A DNA stretch of 64,000 nt from positions 71,062 to 135,061 of IMG/VR virus record IMGVR_UViG_3300044712_001062; one strand, written 5' to 3'. Numbering within the stretch: position 1 is the first letter of the stretch; each line of letters begins with the position of its first letter. The stretch is from a virus. The notes beneath the pieces are model-generated. The model worked only from the letters and a program-made list of their open reading frames with translations, was not told the origin of the DNA and did no database searches. Below are positions 49,273-59,116 of the stretch, one piece after another. The position numbers and the translations under genes are program-made.

Positions 49273-50592
49273 ATGAAATCAACATCTTATCCATTTGATT
49301 TTTTAAAGAATTGTACAACATCATCACTTACATTTAGCGGATGTGAAACAACAAATTTTGGATACCCAAACCTACCAATCACCGCACTCTTATGGCAATT
49401 CACTCCTCCAGACACATCATCAACTTTAACTGCATTACCAACATCGACACCTGCAAATAAATGTTTGAATTCCAATTATTATAGATATACTTGGGATTTG
49501 AATTATGGTAAAACACCAAGTATTCCAATTAATGATATGAAAGTAGTTGAATATGATTTTAATACTCAACCATATTATGCAACTGATTTCAATTCAGTCA
49601 ATTTCAACATTTATGTTAAGACAGCCGATTTGTATACTAACCAAACCCCGAAGTATTTAGAAAAATTAACCAACAATTGTGTGAATTTCACAGGTTCTGG
49701 GCCTGCTAATACTTGGTATACTGCAAGTGGTTCACATGGAAGAGTCATTAATGGTATGGCATGTGGAATGGTTGGGTTATACAGTGGGTATAATGCTGGA
49801 ATTTTTTCAGTAATGCTCGCATCACCATACGATAAAGGAGCAATTAAAATTTTATCCCAAGGAAACTACTATTGGGTAAAATGCGGATTTCTTCCAGGGG
49901 CGGGGGGCGCACAAGGAAGCCCTCTTGATTACACTGAAGATGGAGAATGGTGCACCCTGTATACAACTGGATATGGGCAATATGTTGCTTCATTTTACAA
50001 CAGTAGCCTCACAGCAAATACACGAACTGTTGGTTTTTCAGGACCAAACCCATCATATTTACCATCATGTGTATATGCAGGAGAATACATAATAATCCCA
50101 TTTTATTCATGGTCTTGGCCATTTACTGAATGTTATATGAGAGTAACCAACCTAAATGGCTCAATTAATGACGAAATGTCAAACATCCCAAGGAATAAAT
50201 TCTTATACAACTCAAAAATAGCAGTTGAAATGGATGGAAAATTATACTTGTTCCATGAAGATATGATTTATTACAATGTATTGAACTCGATTAGTGATCC
50301 GGGAACATTACCAACCACTGTAGATGGAAATATTTATATTACAGATCCAGGAAACATTCGTGGCAGTTCATTTGCTGTGCATCTTGGAAAAATATATGCG
50401 ATCAGAGAACAAAAATTAGTAGTTTTGATTGAAGGTTCTCATTTCGAAGAAATACCAGGAGTAACATTGCCAATTGGTGGAGGTTCTATAGTTTCATATG
50501 GCGATTACTTGGTAATTATCATGAGCAAACAACCAGATGGCCGATATTTACCAAACATTGAAATCATTCCAAATTCAATGTTGGAAATTTGA
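49273..50592 (+). CDS. virion-associated protein, possible beta-propeller
   Basis: Kelch-like segments (DGKLYLF, LGKIYAI, YGDYLVI). Confidence 0.5.
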   Translation: MKSTSYPFDFLKNCTTSSLTFSGCETTNFGYPNLPITALLWQFTPPDTSSTLTALPTSTPANKCLNSNYYRYTWDLNYGKTPSIPINDMKVVEYDFNTQPYYATDFNSVNFNIYVKTADLYTNQTPKYLEKLTNNCVNFTGSGPANTWYTASGSHGRVINGMACGMVGLYSGYNAGIFSVMLASPYDKGAIKILSQGNYYWVKCGFLPGAGGAQGSPLDYTEDGEWCTLYTTGYGQYVASFYNSSLTANTRTVGFSGPNPSYLPSCVYAGEYIIIPFYSWSWPFTECYMRVTNLNGSINDEMSNIPRNKFLYNSKIAVEMDGKLYLFHEDMIYYNVLNSISDPGTLPTTVDGNIYITDPGNIRGSSFAVHLGKIYAIREQKLVVLIEGSHFEEIPGVTLPIGGGSIVSYGDYLVIIMSKQPDGRYLPNIEIIPNSMLEI

Positions 50593-50635
50593 TTATCCAC
50601 CTATTTTATATTAAGTAAACTATCATTACACTTTA

Positions 50636-52909
50636 ATGTCTAGATTCTCTGCTTGGGCGTATAGAAAATCACTAACAATTTCAAATGCTGGTAGTGAACT
50701 AACCGGATACCCCATAAAATTCACAATAAACATTGGATCTGGAACCAGCACCGGCGAAACTATATATATACCAAGTGGGCATTGTAAAAGCGACTTCAGC
50801 GATATACGATTTTATAATCCATATGGAGATTTATCCTATAGTTATTTTATCGAAAGTTATACAAGTAATACCACGGCGATTGTCTGGGTAAAATTCAATA
50901 CAATATCGATATCAGGATTAACAATATACTTAATCTATGGAAATGCACTTGCAAATAGTGAAAGTAATGGGACCAATACTTTTACGTTTTTCGAAGGATT
51001 TTCATCAAATACCATAGGAACAGTATGGACCGAATCATCAACATTTACAACCCACACAATTGAAAACGGCGGTTACCACAATCAAATTACTGTAGCGGCT
51101 GATAAATCAACAACTCTCACAAAAACCACTGCACTTGCATCCACCTCAATTTGCAGAGCTAATATTTCACTACTTGGTGTATCTGGCAGAACTCCGCCAT
51201 GGTGGTATGTAGAATTTGGATATAATGCCAGCCGCATCCAAAATGGATATTGGGGAGGGGTCGTTGGTGGATTTAACCCAAATTATCCAACTGACGATCT
51301 ATGGATAGAATGGTCTGATGCATATACCACAAACAATGTCAAAGTTTATCGTAACGGTACGGTAGTTTCTACACGATCTGCAACATTTGCCACAAACAAA
51401 CGTCCTGAATTTTTTATTCGGACAGCCAGTTCTGAAATAATCAACATATATATTAAAAATGTTTCAGCCCGTCAATATACAGCAACTCCCCCGACACTTG
51501 GAACTTGGACATCCGAAGAATATAACGTGGATAGTGGAAATATCCTATCATTAGTCGTAACTCCACTTACTGGAATTTTACCATTAACCCCAACAATAAC
51601 AGTAAATATCCTCGAACAACTAACCAACTTCACCCTATTATATGGTGATGGCGAAACTTACTCACCAGGAACTCTTAACGCATCATTCTTAACAACCCAC
51701 ACATATGACGAATTTGGAACTTTCTTCGTTCATGCCCAAGGATACGATACAAGTAACAAATTACAAATTTCAAATGCCACAGTAACAGTCTCAAAAAATC
51801 CAGTTGATACATCATTCGCCATATCACAAACTTTAAACTCTATATCATTCACTGATACATCAACAGGAAGTCCCAATGAATGGTGGTGGGAATTTGGAGA
51901 TTCATCTAATAGCGATGTGCAAAACCCAACTCACATATACGATACGCCAGGAACTTACATAGTAACACTTTACTCATCCAACCAACAATACAGTGATTCA
52001 TATTCAACTACCATCACCATTGCAAACCCAATACCAACACTTAACATATCCATATATACACATGATGATTACAACATTCCTGGAAAACTTACATTCACCC
52101 CTACAATCACTACTAACAAATCCCTCAACGAATATATAACAAATTTAATTTGGACCATAGATGGCACCACATACAACATTGACAGCCCAACAATAGTATT
52201 CGATGAAAGTGGAACAAAATCAATCTCATGCACAATATCAAACAATTACAATATTTCAACTACAGCAGCAACAACTATAACACTTGGCCAATCTCCAGAT
52301 GCCAACTTCAAACCAAGTTACCTAAATGTAATTACCAACACACTCCCAGTCAGTGTTCAATTTACCAATTTATCGCTTGGGGAAAACTTAACATATATTT
52401 GGAATTTCGGAGATGGGCATTCATCAACAGTCACCAGCCCGACAAATTCATATGCAAATTATGGATTTTACAATGTCACATTAGACGCTACAAATTCAGC
52501 AGGAACTTCAACTAAAACATACACTAACTGTATTAAAATCCACTATGCCGCAAAAACATTCATCGAAAAACTAAACTTTATCGAGGATCAATTTAGTTCA
52601 TTCGACGTGAAAACATTCGAAGAACCCATTGAATTTTCTACGCAAATAGTCCCTGCGAAAATTTTCAGCGAGACTACCTGTTATATCCAAAAGGAAGTCC
52701 CAGACACCCCAGGCCTCGATGAATTCGGCAATTTATCATTCTACAGACAACTTGACGAATGGGGAAAATTGATCATTGGAACAATTAATGCCGTTGGCCA
52801 TAAAATCCTCAAAGTAGCGGGATTGAGCGATCAAACTGGATTAACATTCTTCCGAACTAAAGAACTTGAAGAAACTGTCTATTATGAACTGGACATGGAC
52901 AGACAATAA
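50636..52909 (+). CDS. DUF2341 + multiple PKD domain adhesin
   Basis: WAYRKSLTI...DFSDIRF...IVWVK...YGN...SNG..TF.FFE (DUF2341); WEFGD/WNFGDG...NPTH.Y..PG.Y.VTL (PKD). Confidence 0.88.
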   Translation: MSRFSAWAYRKSLTISNAGSELTGYPIKFTINIGSGTSTGETIYIPSGHCKSDFSDIRFYNPYGDLSYSYFIESYTSNTTAIVWVKFNTISISGLTIYLIYGNALANSESNGTNTFTFFEGFSSNTIGTVWTESSTFTTHTIENGGYHNQITVAADKSTTLTKTTALASTSICRANISLLGVSGRTPPWWYVEFGYNASRIQNGYWGGVVGGFNPNYPTDDLWIEWSDAYTTNNVKVYRNGTVVSTRSATFATNKRPEFFIRTASSEIINIYIKNVSARQYTATPPTLGTWTSEEYNVDSGNILSLVVTPLTGILPLTPTITVNILEQLTNFTLLYGDGETYSPGTLNASFLTTHTYDEFGTFFVHAQGYDTSNKLQISNATVTVSKNPVDTSFAISQTLNSISFTDTSTGSPNEWWWEFGDSSNSDVQNPTHIYDTPGTYIVTLYSSNQQYSDSYSTTITIANPIPTLNISIYTHDDYNIPGKLTFTPTITTNKSLNEYITNLIWTIDGTTYNIDSPTIVFDESGTKSISCTISNNYNISTTAATTITLGQSPDANFKPSYLNVITNTLPVSVQFTNLSLGENLTYIWNFGDGHSSTVTSPTNSYANYGFYNVTLDATNSAGTSTKTYTNCIKIHYAAKTFIEKLNFIEDQFSSFDVKTFEEPIEFSTQIVPAKIFSETTCYIQKEVPDTPGLDEFGNLSFYRQLDEWGKLIIGTINAVGHKILKVAGLSDQTGLTFFRTKELEETVYYELDMDRQ

Positions 52910-52938
52910 AATTTTTCGAAGAATAGACAATCACCAAA

Positions 52939-52996
52939 TACTCTAAACAAAACAAAAAGAAAAAGATATTCTCTTCTTCTTGCTTTGTCCCTTGGC
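52939..52996 (-). ncRNA. hairpin sRNA family copy 7
   Basis: TTTATATA at 53027, TTTGTATGTGCC, ~20-bp G-U-rich stem, ending TTGTTTAGAGTA. Confidence 0.65.
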
Positions 52997-53039
52997 ACAT
53001 ACAAATATATCTCTACCACTATATAAAGATAGTAGATGA

Positions 53040-53465
53040 TCACCTAACGTCTATACTTTTCATACAACTACCATAGGAGTTAGTTAGAAAGTCACTAACT
53101 TTCAAAGTTACTTTCATAGTTCCACAAACCCTAGGAGTTATAGTAACAGTTTGGCCATTTAGACTTTTCGTCGTTGAGCCATCTCGGTACTGCCAAGACC
53201 ATCCAGCAAGAGGGCTTAATGGATTTCCACTGATTTGGTAACCTGAAAGACTCAAGGCGTTATTAGTTCGGATTTTATTAGGCATGTCAAATCCAATTTC
53301 GACTTGTGATGCTGGAATAGGTGTGGGTGTTGGAACAGGTGTTGGCCCACCACAAGATAGACAAATTGGCTTGTAAATAGTAGGCGCCATAACATCGTCA
53401 GCCAAACTGGGAACGATCATTACTGTGATCAGCAATAGAATTGTTAATGCTGTTGTTTTTTGCAT
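53040..53465 (-). CDS. secreted PT-linker + PKD/Ig-like protein
   Basis: Signal peptide (..VPSLA/DD), PTPVPTPTP linker, WSWQY...G.MKVTLKVSD. Confidence 0.75.
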   Translation of the reverse strand: MQKTTALTILLLITVMIVPSLADDVMAPTIYKPICLSCGGPTPVPTPTPIPASQVEIGFDMPNKIRTNNALSLSGYQISGNPLSPLAGWSWQYRDGSTTKSLNGQTVTITPRVCGTMKVTLKVSDFLTNSYGSCMKSIDVR

Positions 53466-53575
53466 ATAGGGTAATAGATCGTTATGTTATTTATATTTAT
53501 TGAATTTTGATTTTTAAATAAAACTTCTGGTATTATATAATGTAAATATTAATTGTTGCTACAGGTGAATAAACC

Positions 53576-53923
53576 GTGGTACTAGGCAACATAACCGAAT
53601 TACGCACTCTCCCACAGATCACACAATTGGAAGATGTGTCAGTAACCGCAGATACAGAAATTTGCACCTTGGAAGGTGTAATTGAAAATAATGGAATATC
53701 GTTGATTAGTCTGCAATGTTTTTTCGAGGCTGCTGGACGTTTATATGTTGAAACTCCATCAGGAAAACGTCACTATCTTACTGATCCCAATCAAGACTAT
53801 CCAGCAAAGTTTCAAATTATTTCTAGTTATTTCTTACCAAAAGGACAAACTGTGTCACTTAAATATTCAGCATCAACTACGATGACTGGTTTGGTAACGG
53901 TGGCTTGTGGTGGCGTATTCTGA
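53576..53923 (+). CDS. small virion-associated protein
   Basis: AGGTGA SD; first gene of the second fibre operon. Confidence 0.55.
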   Translation: MVLGNITELRTLPQITQLEDVSVTADTEICTLEGVIENNGISLISLQCFFEAAGRLYVETPSGKRHYLTDPNQDYPAKFQIISSYFLPKGQTVSLKYSASTTMTGLVTVACGGVF

Positions 53924-53941
53924 TGAATGGAGGCTTAAACA

Positions 53942-55600
53942 ATGTTTCTTCCTAAACAAAATACGGGTGGTGCGATCACTGTTGCTAACGATCACATTTT
54001 TGCAGATACTACTGCTCGTGATGCATATTTCGTCACAAATCCCACTGAACTGGTAGATAATTTACCAATTTACATCACAAGCACTGAAAGTCTCCAGCAG
54101 TATAAAGTTGCAACGAGTTCATGGCTCGATATGACCCCTACTATTATGGGACCAACTGGACCTGCGGGTGCCGATGGAACTGATGGTATAGACGGTACTG
54201 ATGGTCATTCAATTGTAATTGCAACACAAGATGAACCCCCGGCAAATCCAGTAGATGGTGATTTATGGGCAGATACAAATGAAGCAAGTTATGTTGCTCC
54301 CCATAAAACAAATCATGCATCGGGTGGAATTGATCAGATTTTACCCAGTGATATTGGAGCACAGCCAGTAGATGCTACATTAACTGCAATTGCGGGGCTT
54401 ACTACTTCTGCTGACAAATTACCATACTTCACTGGAACTGATACAGCAACTACAACCCCAATAACAGCAGCAGCACGAAGTTTACTTGATGATACAACCA
54501 CTACTGCAATGCGAGATACATTATCTGCTGCGAGTTCCACAACCGCAACCCAGAGTATCTATGTAGACAAAGCGGCAACTGGGGCAGGCACCGGGGTTGA
54601 TTGGGCTAACGCTTTTACTACTGGTCAGGCTGCAATAAATTCGTTACCTGCAATTATCAACCACGCGGTTACTATCTATATCAGAAAAGGAACAACCCCA
54701 TATCGAGAAACCATTACTATTCAGCGTTCTATTGCAGGAGGATCACTTGAAATTCGTGGCGAGTATTATTGGTATAATCAGGCAGCAACAAATGCAACTG
54801 TAAACCGGTTGGTAAAAGCAGCAGCAGATGATTTCTCCGCTGTTGAAGTTGGCGATGTAGTATTTCTGATGCCATACTCCGGAACATATCAAGCGTCTTC
54901 TCCTTCAACATCATATGTTGGAACGGTTACCGATGTTACTAACAGGGCATCTGGGTATGTCACGGTATCAATGGGGTCGTCAGTAACTCCGACAGCAGGA
55001 TGGCAGTATGTTATCGTCAGGACGCAGATGGATGGATCTGATGACGGAACCACCCCTGTAAGAAATTCCTGTTTTGTTATAACTGGTGCAACAACAAACG
55101 TGTTAATTCGCGGTTTAAATTTAGTTAGGTCTAACAGTTTTGCTATAAATTCAACCAACGCTGTTTTAACTGTGCAGAATTGTATTTTGCAGGCATGTAA
55201 GAGAGGAATAACAATCTCCTCATCTCAATTCGGAAGTGTTCAGTTTTGTTATATTGCATCGACAACGACGGATTCTATATGTGCATTAGCACAGAATCTT
55301 GTTGGTGCGGTTGCTGATAGTGCTTTGGCTGGAGTTAAAGGTGGTGCTTCTATTGCTATTTCCGGGTCATCGGTTAGTAGAATGTCTATATACCGGAACC
55401 ACATAAAAAACCACGACTATGCAATTGCTGTTGCTGCATCATACGCATATTTACAACGGAATTTCATAGATTCTGATAACACGACTGGAATATGGGCTAC
55501 GTTTGGTGGATATGTTGCTGATGGGACTGGAAATACGAACAGCGCAACAACTCCGAAGAATCCGGCATCGAGCACAGATTGGAACTTCATAGGGGTGTGA
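53942..55600 (+). CDS. tail fibre/spike with collagen-like segment and right-handed beta-helix
   Basis: GPTGPAGADGTDGIDGTDG; DATLTAIAGL..ADKLPYFTG fibre repeat; IYVD..ATGAGTG..W.NAF.T pectin-lyase-like N-terminus. Confidence 0.8.
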   Translation: MFLPKQNTGGAITVANDHIFADTTARDAYFVTNPTELVDNLPIYITSTESLQQYKVATSSWLDMTPTIMGPTGPAGADGTDGIDGTDGHSIVIATQDEPPANPVDGDLWADTNEASYVAPHKTNHASGGIDQILPSDIGAQPVDATLTAIAGLTTSADKLPYFTGTDTATTTPITAAARSLLDDTTTTAMRDTLSAASSTTATQSIYVDKAATGAGTGVDWANAFTTGQAAINSLPAIINHAVTIYIRKGTTPYRETITIQRSIAGGSLEIRGEYYWYNQAATNATVNRLVKAAADDFSAVEVGDVVFLMPYSGTYQASSPSTSYVGTVTDVTNRASGYVTVSMGSSVTPTAGWQYVIVRTQMDGSDDGTTPVRNSCFVITGATTNVLIRGLNLVRSNSFAINSTNAVLTVQNCILQACKRGITISSSQFGSVQFCYIASTTTDSICALAQNLVGAVADSALAGVKGGASIAISGSSVSRMSIYRNHIKNHDYAIAVAASYAYLQRNFIDSDNTTGIWATFGGYVADGTGNTNSATTPKNPASSTDWNFIGV

Positions 55601-55606
55601 TTACAA

Positions 55607-55873
55607 ATGTTTCTAATTTTTGACAAAACAACCAAGAGAATCCTGTCCTATGGGTTTGGAACTCCAACTGAATCAGCAGGGAAATTATATCTCGGCTCTG
55701 AAGCCATCTGCAACTCGCTTACTATTTGCGGCTGGAAATACATCGCAGACCAGAAACTTGAGCAGGACGATACCGGGTTCGTTTATGATGCAGATCATTA
55801 TGAAGAGATCGCTCCTGAACCGACTTTACAAGAGCAAATTGATGCATTGGTGATGTTGATGGGAGGGGTATAA
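55607..55873 (+). CDS. tail fibre assembly-type protein
   Basis: Ends EPTLQEQIDAL; follows the fibre gene. Confidence 0.6.
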   Translation: MFLIFDKTTKRILSYGFGTPTESAGKLYLGSEAICNSLTICGWKYIADQKLEQDDTGFVYDADHYEEIAPEPTLQEQIDALVMLMGGV

Positions 55874-56007
55874 TGGCGAGTGCAGTGTTGATTAAATGTT
55901 TGAAGTCGTGGTTTAAGAGGGGGCTGAAGGATGAAGTTTACATTCAATCTTTGGTACCTTCGGTTTTGACTCAAACAGAAGCAGATGAAATTATAGGAGG
56001 TGTATAA
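55873..56007 (+). CDS. XkdX-like small protein
   Basis: Manual translation MASAVLIKCLKSWFKRGLKDEVYIQSLVPSVLTQTEADEIIGGV; TAATG-coupled on both sides. Confidence 0.6.
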   Translation: MASAVLIKCLKSWFKRGLKDEVYIQSLVPSVLTQTEADEIIGGV

Positions 56008-57623
56008 TGACTAATCTTAAAGTTTGGGTTCAGGAACTTGGTGAATGGCAATATGTTGGAAATGGTAGTGATCTAGGGTATACTGCTGAAAATATTGCAA
56101 ATAAAGCAGTTGCTTATGGATATGCCAGTTTAGGGGCTGATGGAAAAGTGCCATCAGTTCAACTTCCTGCAATCACAATGACTGCAGTTAAAGTTCAGGA
56201 AACAGAGCCTACATCACCAGAGGAAGGATGGGTGTGGATCAAGCCATCTACTGGAGTAAGCAAGATTTATTCCGAGGTTAACGTAACGTGGTACGAACTT
56301 GCAAACGCATCAGGATATGTTACAACAGTTAATGGACAAAGTGGACCTACGGTATCATTAAGTAAATCAGATTTAAGTTTAGGTAATGTTGCGAATGTCG
56401 ATACAACTAATGCATCGAATATTAGCAGTGGAACTTTAAACACTGCACGATTACCAATTGCAAGTGGATCTGCAGTTGGTGGAGTTAAGATTGGTAGCGG
56501 TATAAGTGTTGCTGGTGATGGAACAATATCCACTGTAGGTGAAGCAAATACTGCAAGTAATGTCGGAACTGGAACTGGAACTGTATATAAAACCAAAGTT
56601 GGCGTTGATTTACAATTAAAGACGATCAAGGCTGGAACTGGAATCACAATAACTAATAACACTGATGATATAACATTAACATCAACTGCTACTGGAACTG
56701 GTGATGTAGTTGGTCCAAGTTCAGCAACTGATAATGCCATAACAAGATTTGACAATACAACTGGGAAACTTGTACAAAATTCACTTGCTACAGTGGATGA
56801 TAATGGTTCAGTAAATATTCCAACTGGTCAAACTTACAAAATTAATAATGTAGCATTAAGTGCTTCGAATGTGGGGGCAGCAGCATCATCACATACTCAT
56901 GCGCAAAGTGATGTCACGAATTTAACTACTGATTTAGGTAATAAGGCTGCTTTAGCAAGTCCAACATTCACTGGAGTTCCAGCAGCACCAACAGCAACTG
57001 CAGGTACCAATACTACTCAATTAGCAACCACGGAATTTGTTACTACAGCAGTAAGTGGTGTGAGTGGTAGTCAAGTTAAAGTTTCATCTAATGATTCAAC
57101 GGCAGGATATCTCAATGGTAAACTAGTTGCTGGAACCGGAGTTACACTTACCGAAGGAACTGATGGTGGTAATGAAACATTAACTATTGCAGTAAGTTCA
57201 TCTGCAACAAACACTTCGACATATAATGTACAAAGAACTATTGAAGGTGTTGTGTATGAAACAACTTTGTTATATTGGGTTGCTCCTGCAGCATGTTCAA
57301 TATTATCAGTTTCAATGAATTTAGGAACAAATCCGACAAACACTGGCTCATATTGCAAAGTTCAAGTTATGAAAAATGGACTACTTGAAACGAATTCAAT
57401 ATTTAATAGTGATGTTCCAATGCAGATTACAGAGGCTACAAGTGCAACAAATGGAATTTATCAAGCCAGTGGAACTTTAGATTCAGGACAGACTACTCTG
57501 GCTACTGGTGATGTAATTCAATTTAGAGTCAATCAAGCCGACCTTGGAAGTTCTGATTTAATAATTTCATTATTCGCAGGAGTTTCAATTACAGCAGGTA
57601 CAATTGATGGAGGTAGCCCATAA
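56007..57623 (+). CDS. tail fibre protein
   Basis: GYASLGADGKVP, LGNVANVD and ASPTFTGVPAAPTATAGTNTTQLATTEFV fibre repeats. Confidence 0.8.
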   Translation: MTNLKVWVQELGEWQYVGNGSDLGYTAENIANKAVAYGYASLGADGKVPSVQLPAITMTAVKVQETEPTSPEEGWVWIKPSTGVSKIYSEVNVTWYELANASGYVTTVNGQSGPTVSLSKSDLSLGNVANVDTTNASNISSGTLNTARLPIASGSAVGGVKIGSGISVAGDGTISTVGEANTASNVGTGTGTVYKTKVGVDLQLKTIKAGTGITITNNTDDITLTSTATGTGDVVGPSSATDNAITRFDNTTGKLVQNSLATVDDNGSVNIPTGQTYKINNVALSASNVGAAASSHTHAQSDVTNLTTDLGNKAALASPTFTGVPAAPTATAGTNTTQLATTEFVTTAVSGVSGSQVKVSSNDSTAGYLNGKLVAGTGVTLTEGTDGGNETLTIAVSSSATNTSTYNVQRTIEGVVYETTLLYWVAPAACSILSVSMNLGTNPTNTGSYCKVQVMKNGLLETNSIFNSDVPMQITEATSATNGIYQASGTLDSGQTTLATGDVIQFRVNQADLGSSDLIISLFAGVSITAGTIDGGSP

Positions 57624-57742
57624 TGGAGTTAATTTGCAAAGATTGTGGAAATATTGAATCATGTTATCTTGAAGCAGTGGATTGTGATACTCCAAAATTC
57701 TGTCCATGGACTGGAAAAAGTTGTAATTGGAAAGGTGAATAA
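57623..57742 (+). CDS. 39-aa Cys-rich peptide
   Basis: MELICKDCGNIESCYLEAVDCDTPKFCPWTGKSCNWKGE; TAATG-coupled on both sides. Confidence 0.45.
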   Translation: MELICKDCGNIESCYLEAVDCDTPKFCPWTGKSCNWKGE

Positions 57743-58911
57743 TGGCACGAATTAATTTACTAAAAATTAGAAATGGGATTAAGTCTCTATGGACTTCCCA
57801 GGCATCCGTTTTGGAAGCAGGTGAACCCGGATACGATTCTACCTATAACATCCTGAAAGTGGGTAACGGGGCTTCCACGTTTGACAATTTACCCGCAGCA
57901 GTTCCGTATACCGGATATAACTACATCATCAACGGCGGGTTTGAAGTCAATCAGCGGGCGGTTGCAAGTGTTACTGTAAACGGGGGATACCCCGTAGATA
58001 GGTGGATGTCGATATCTTTAGGGTCTACATTTGTAGCATCGCAACAGGCATTTACACTTGGTCAGACCGATGTTCCGGGGGAGCCTAAAAACTATATGCG
58101 GTATGTTGTAACGAGTGTTGCAAATGCTGCAAACCGGGTGTGTGTATTTGAACGGGTGGAGGGCGTTAGAACTTTGGCAGGCAAAGTGGCAACGCTTACG
58201 TTTTACGCAAAAGTAGATGCAGCAAAACCAATTGCCATAGAGTTCAGCCAGTCGTTTGGGACTGGTGGAAGTCCATCTACTTCAGTTAATGCGATTAATG
58301 TTGTAAAGACCACTTTATCTACCACATGGACAAAATACACAATTCCTGTAACGGTTCCAAGTATTAGTGGCAAAACTCTTGGAACTGATAACAATGACAA
58401 TCTTGCAGTTGGTATTTGGTTTGATGCTGGTTCAGATTACAATACCAGAACAAACTCATTAGGCCAACAGTCCGGCACGTTTGAGATTTCTAACGTAAAA
58501 CTCGAAGAAGGGCCGGTTGCAACTCCGTTCGTGAACGAAGGGTATGCTGTTGAATTACAGAAATGCAGGCGGTATTGCCGGGCACTTGGCGGTAATGTTG
58601 TATACGAGGATATTTCAGTTCCGAGAGGTGCAGCATCAACAATTGTGGCACATGTGCAGATCCCGCTTTTCCCGCCTATGAGAGCAATTCCCACAATTGT
58701 TGCCCCGACATCATACGCGAATTTCATGCTTACCGATGGTGCAGGAGCAAGCGCCGCGTTAAGTACAAATCCAACAGTTAACTCGGGGAGTTCCCCAAAT
58801 ATGTTGACTGTAACCTGCACAGTTGCATCGGGTCTCACTCAATATAGACCGTATAATTTAATTACAGGAAACCAGACCACTGACAGGTTTATTATTTCAT
58901 CGGAGTTGTAA
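57742..58911 (+). CDS. tail fibre with Mtd-N-like N-terminus and carbohydrate-binding-like domain
   Basis: LEAGEPGYD...LKVGNG; NYIINGGFEVNQR...DRW...VKLEEG.VATPF...ELQKCRRY. Confidence 0.75.
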   Translation: MARINLLKIRNGIKSLWTSQASVLEAGEPGYDSTYNILKVGNGASTFDNLPAAVPYTGYNYIINGGFEVNQRAVASVTVNGGYPVDRWMSISLGSTFVASQQAFTLGQTDVPGEPKNYMRYVVTSVANAANRVCVFERVEGVRTLAGKVATLTFYAKVDAAKPIAIEFSQSFGTGGSPSTSVNAINVVKTTLSTTWTKYTIPVTVPSISGKTLGTDNNDNLAVGIWFDAGSDYNTRTNSLGQQSGTFEISNVKLEEGPVATPFVNEGYAVELQKCRRYCRALGGNVVYEDISVPRGAASTIVAHVQIPLFPPMRAIPTIVAPTSYANFMLTDGAGASAALSTNPTVNSGSSPNMLTVTCTVASGLTQYRPYNLITGNQTTDRFIISSEL

Positions 58912-58913
58912 AA

Positions 58914-59102
58914 ATGGAAGACTATACTGTATTTAAATCATCGACCGGTGGTATCCTTTCAATTTTTAGGAACAAGGAACCAAAAGCAAGTATTCCTGTT
59001 TGTAATGGAAATACAGATTATCAATTGTATCTTGAGGATCTTGAATTAAGGGGAGAACCTTATCCTGAAGAAATTATTAACGGGCATGAATATGATTATT
59101 AA
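58914..59102 (+). CDS. small fibre-associated protein
   Basis: ASIP...GNTDYQ.YL motif typical of phage tail small proteins. Confidence 0.55.
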   Translation: MEDYTVFKSSTGGILSIFRNKEPKASIPVCNGNTDYQLYLEDLELRGEPYPEEIINGHEYDY

Positions 59103-59116
59103 ATGTTTTTTAGGGG

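Noticed and set aside
11491-53000. Hairpin family as leaderless mini-ORFs (MC... peptides, type I toxin-like)
   Set aside because: The ATG is only ~26-27 nt from the TATA start, probably upstream of the TSS. Copy 5 stops after four codons, copy 6 is in another frame, and lengths vary from 4 to 47 aa. Not fully excluded, since five of seven keep a Cys in frame.
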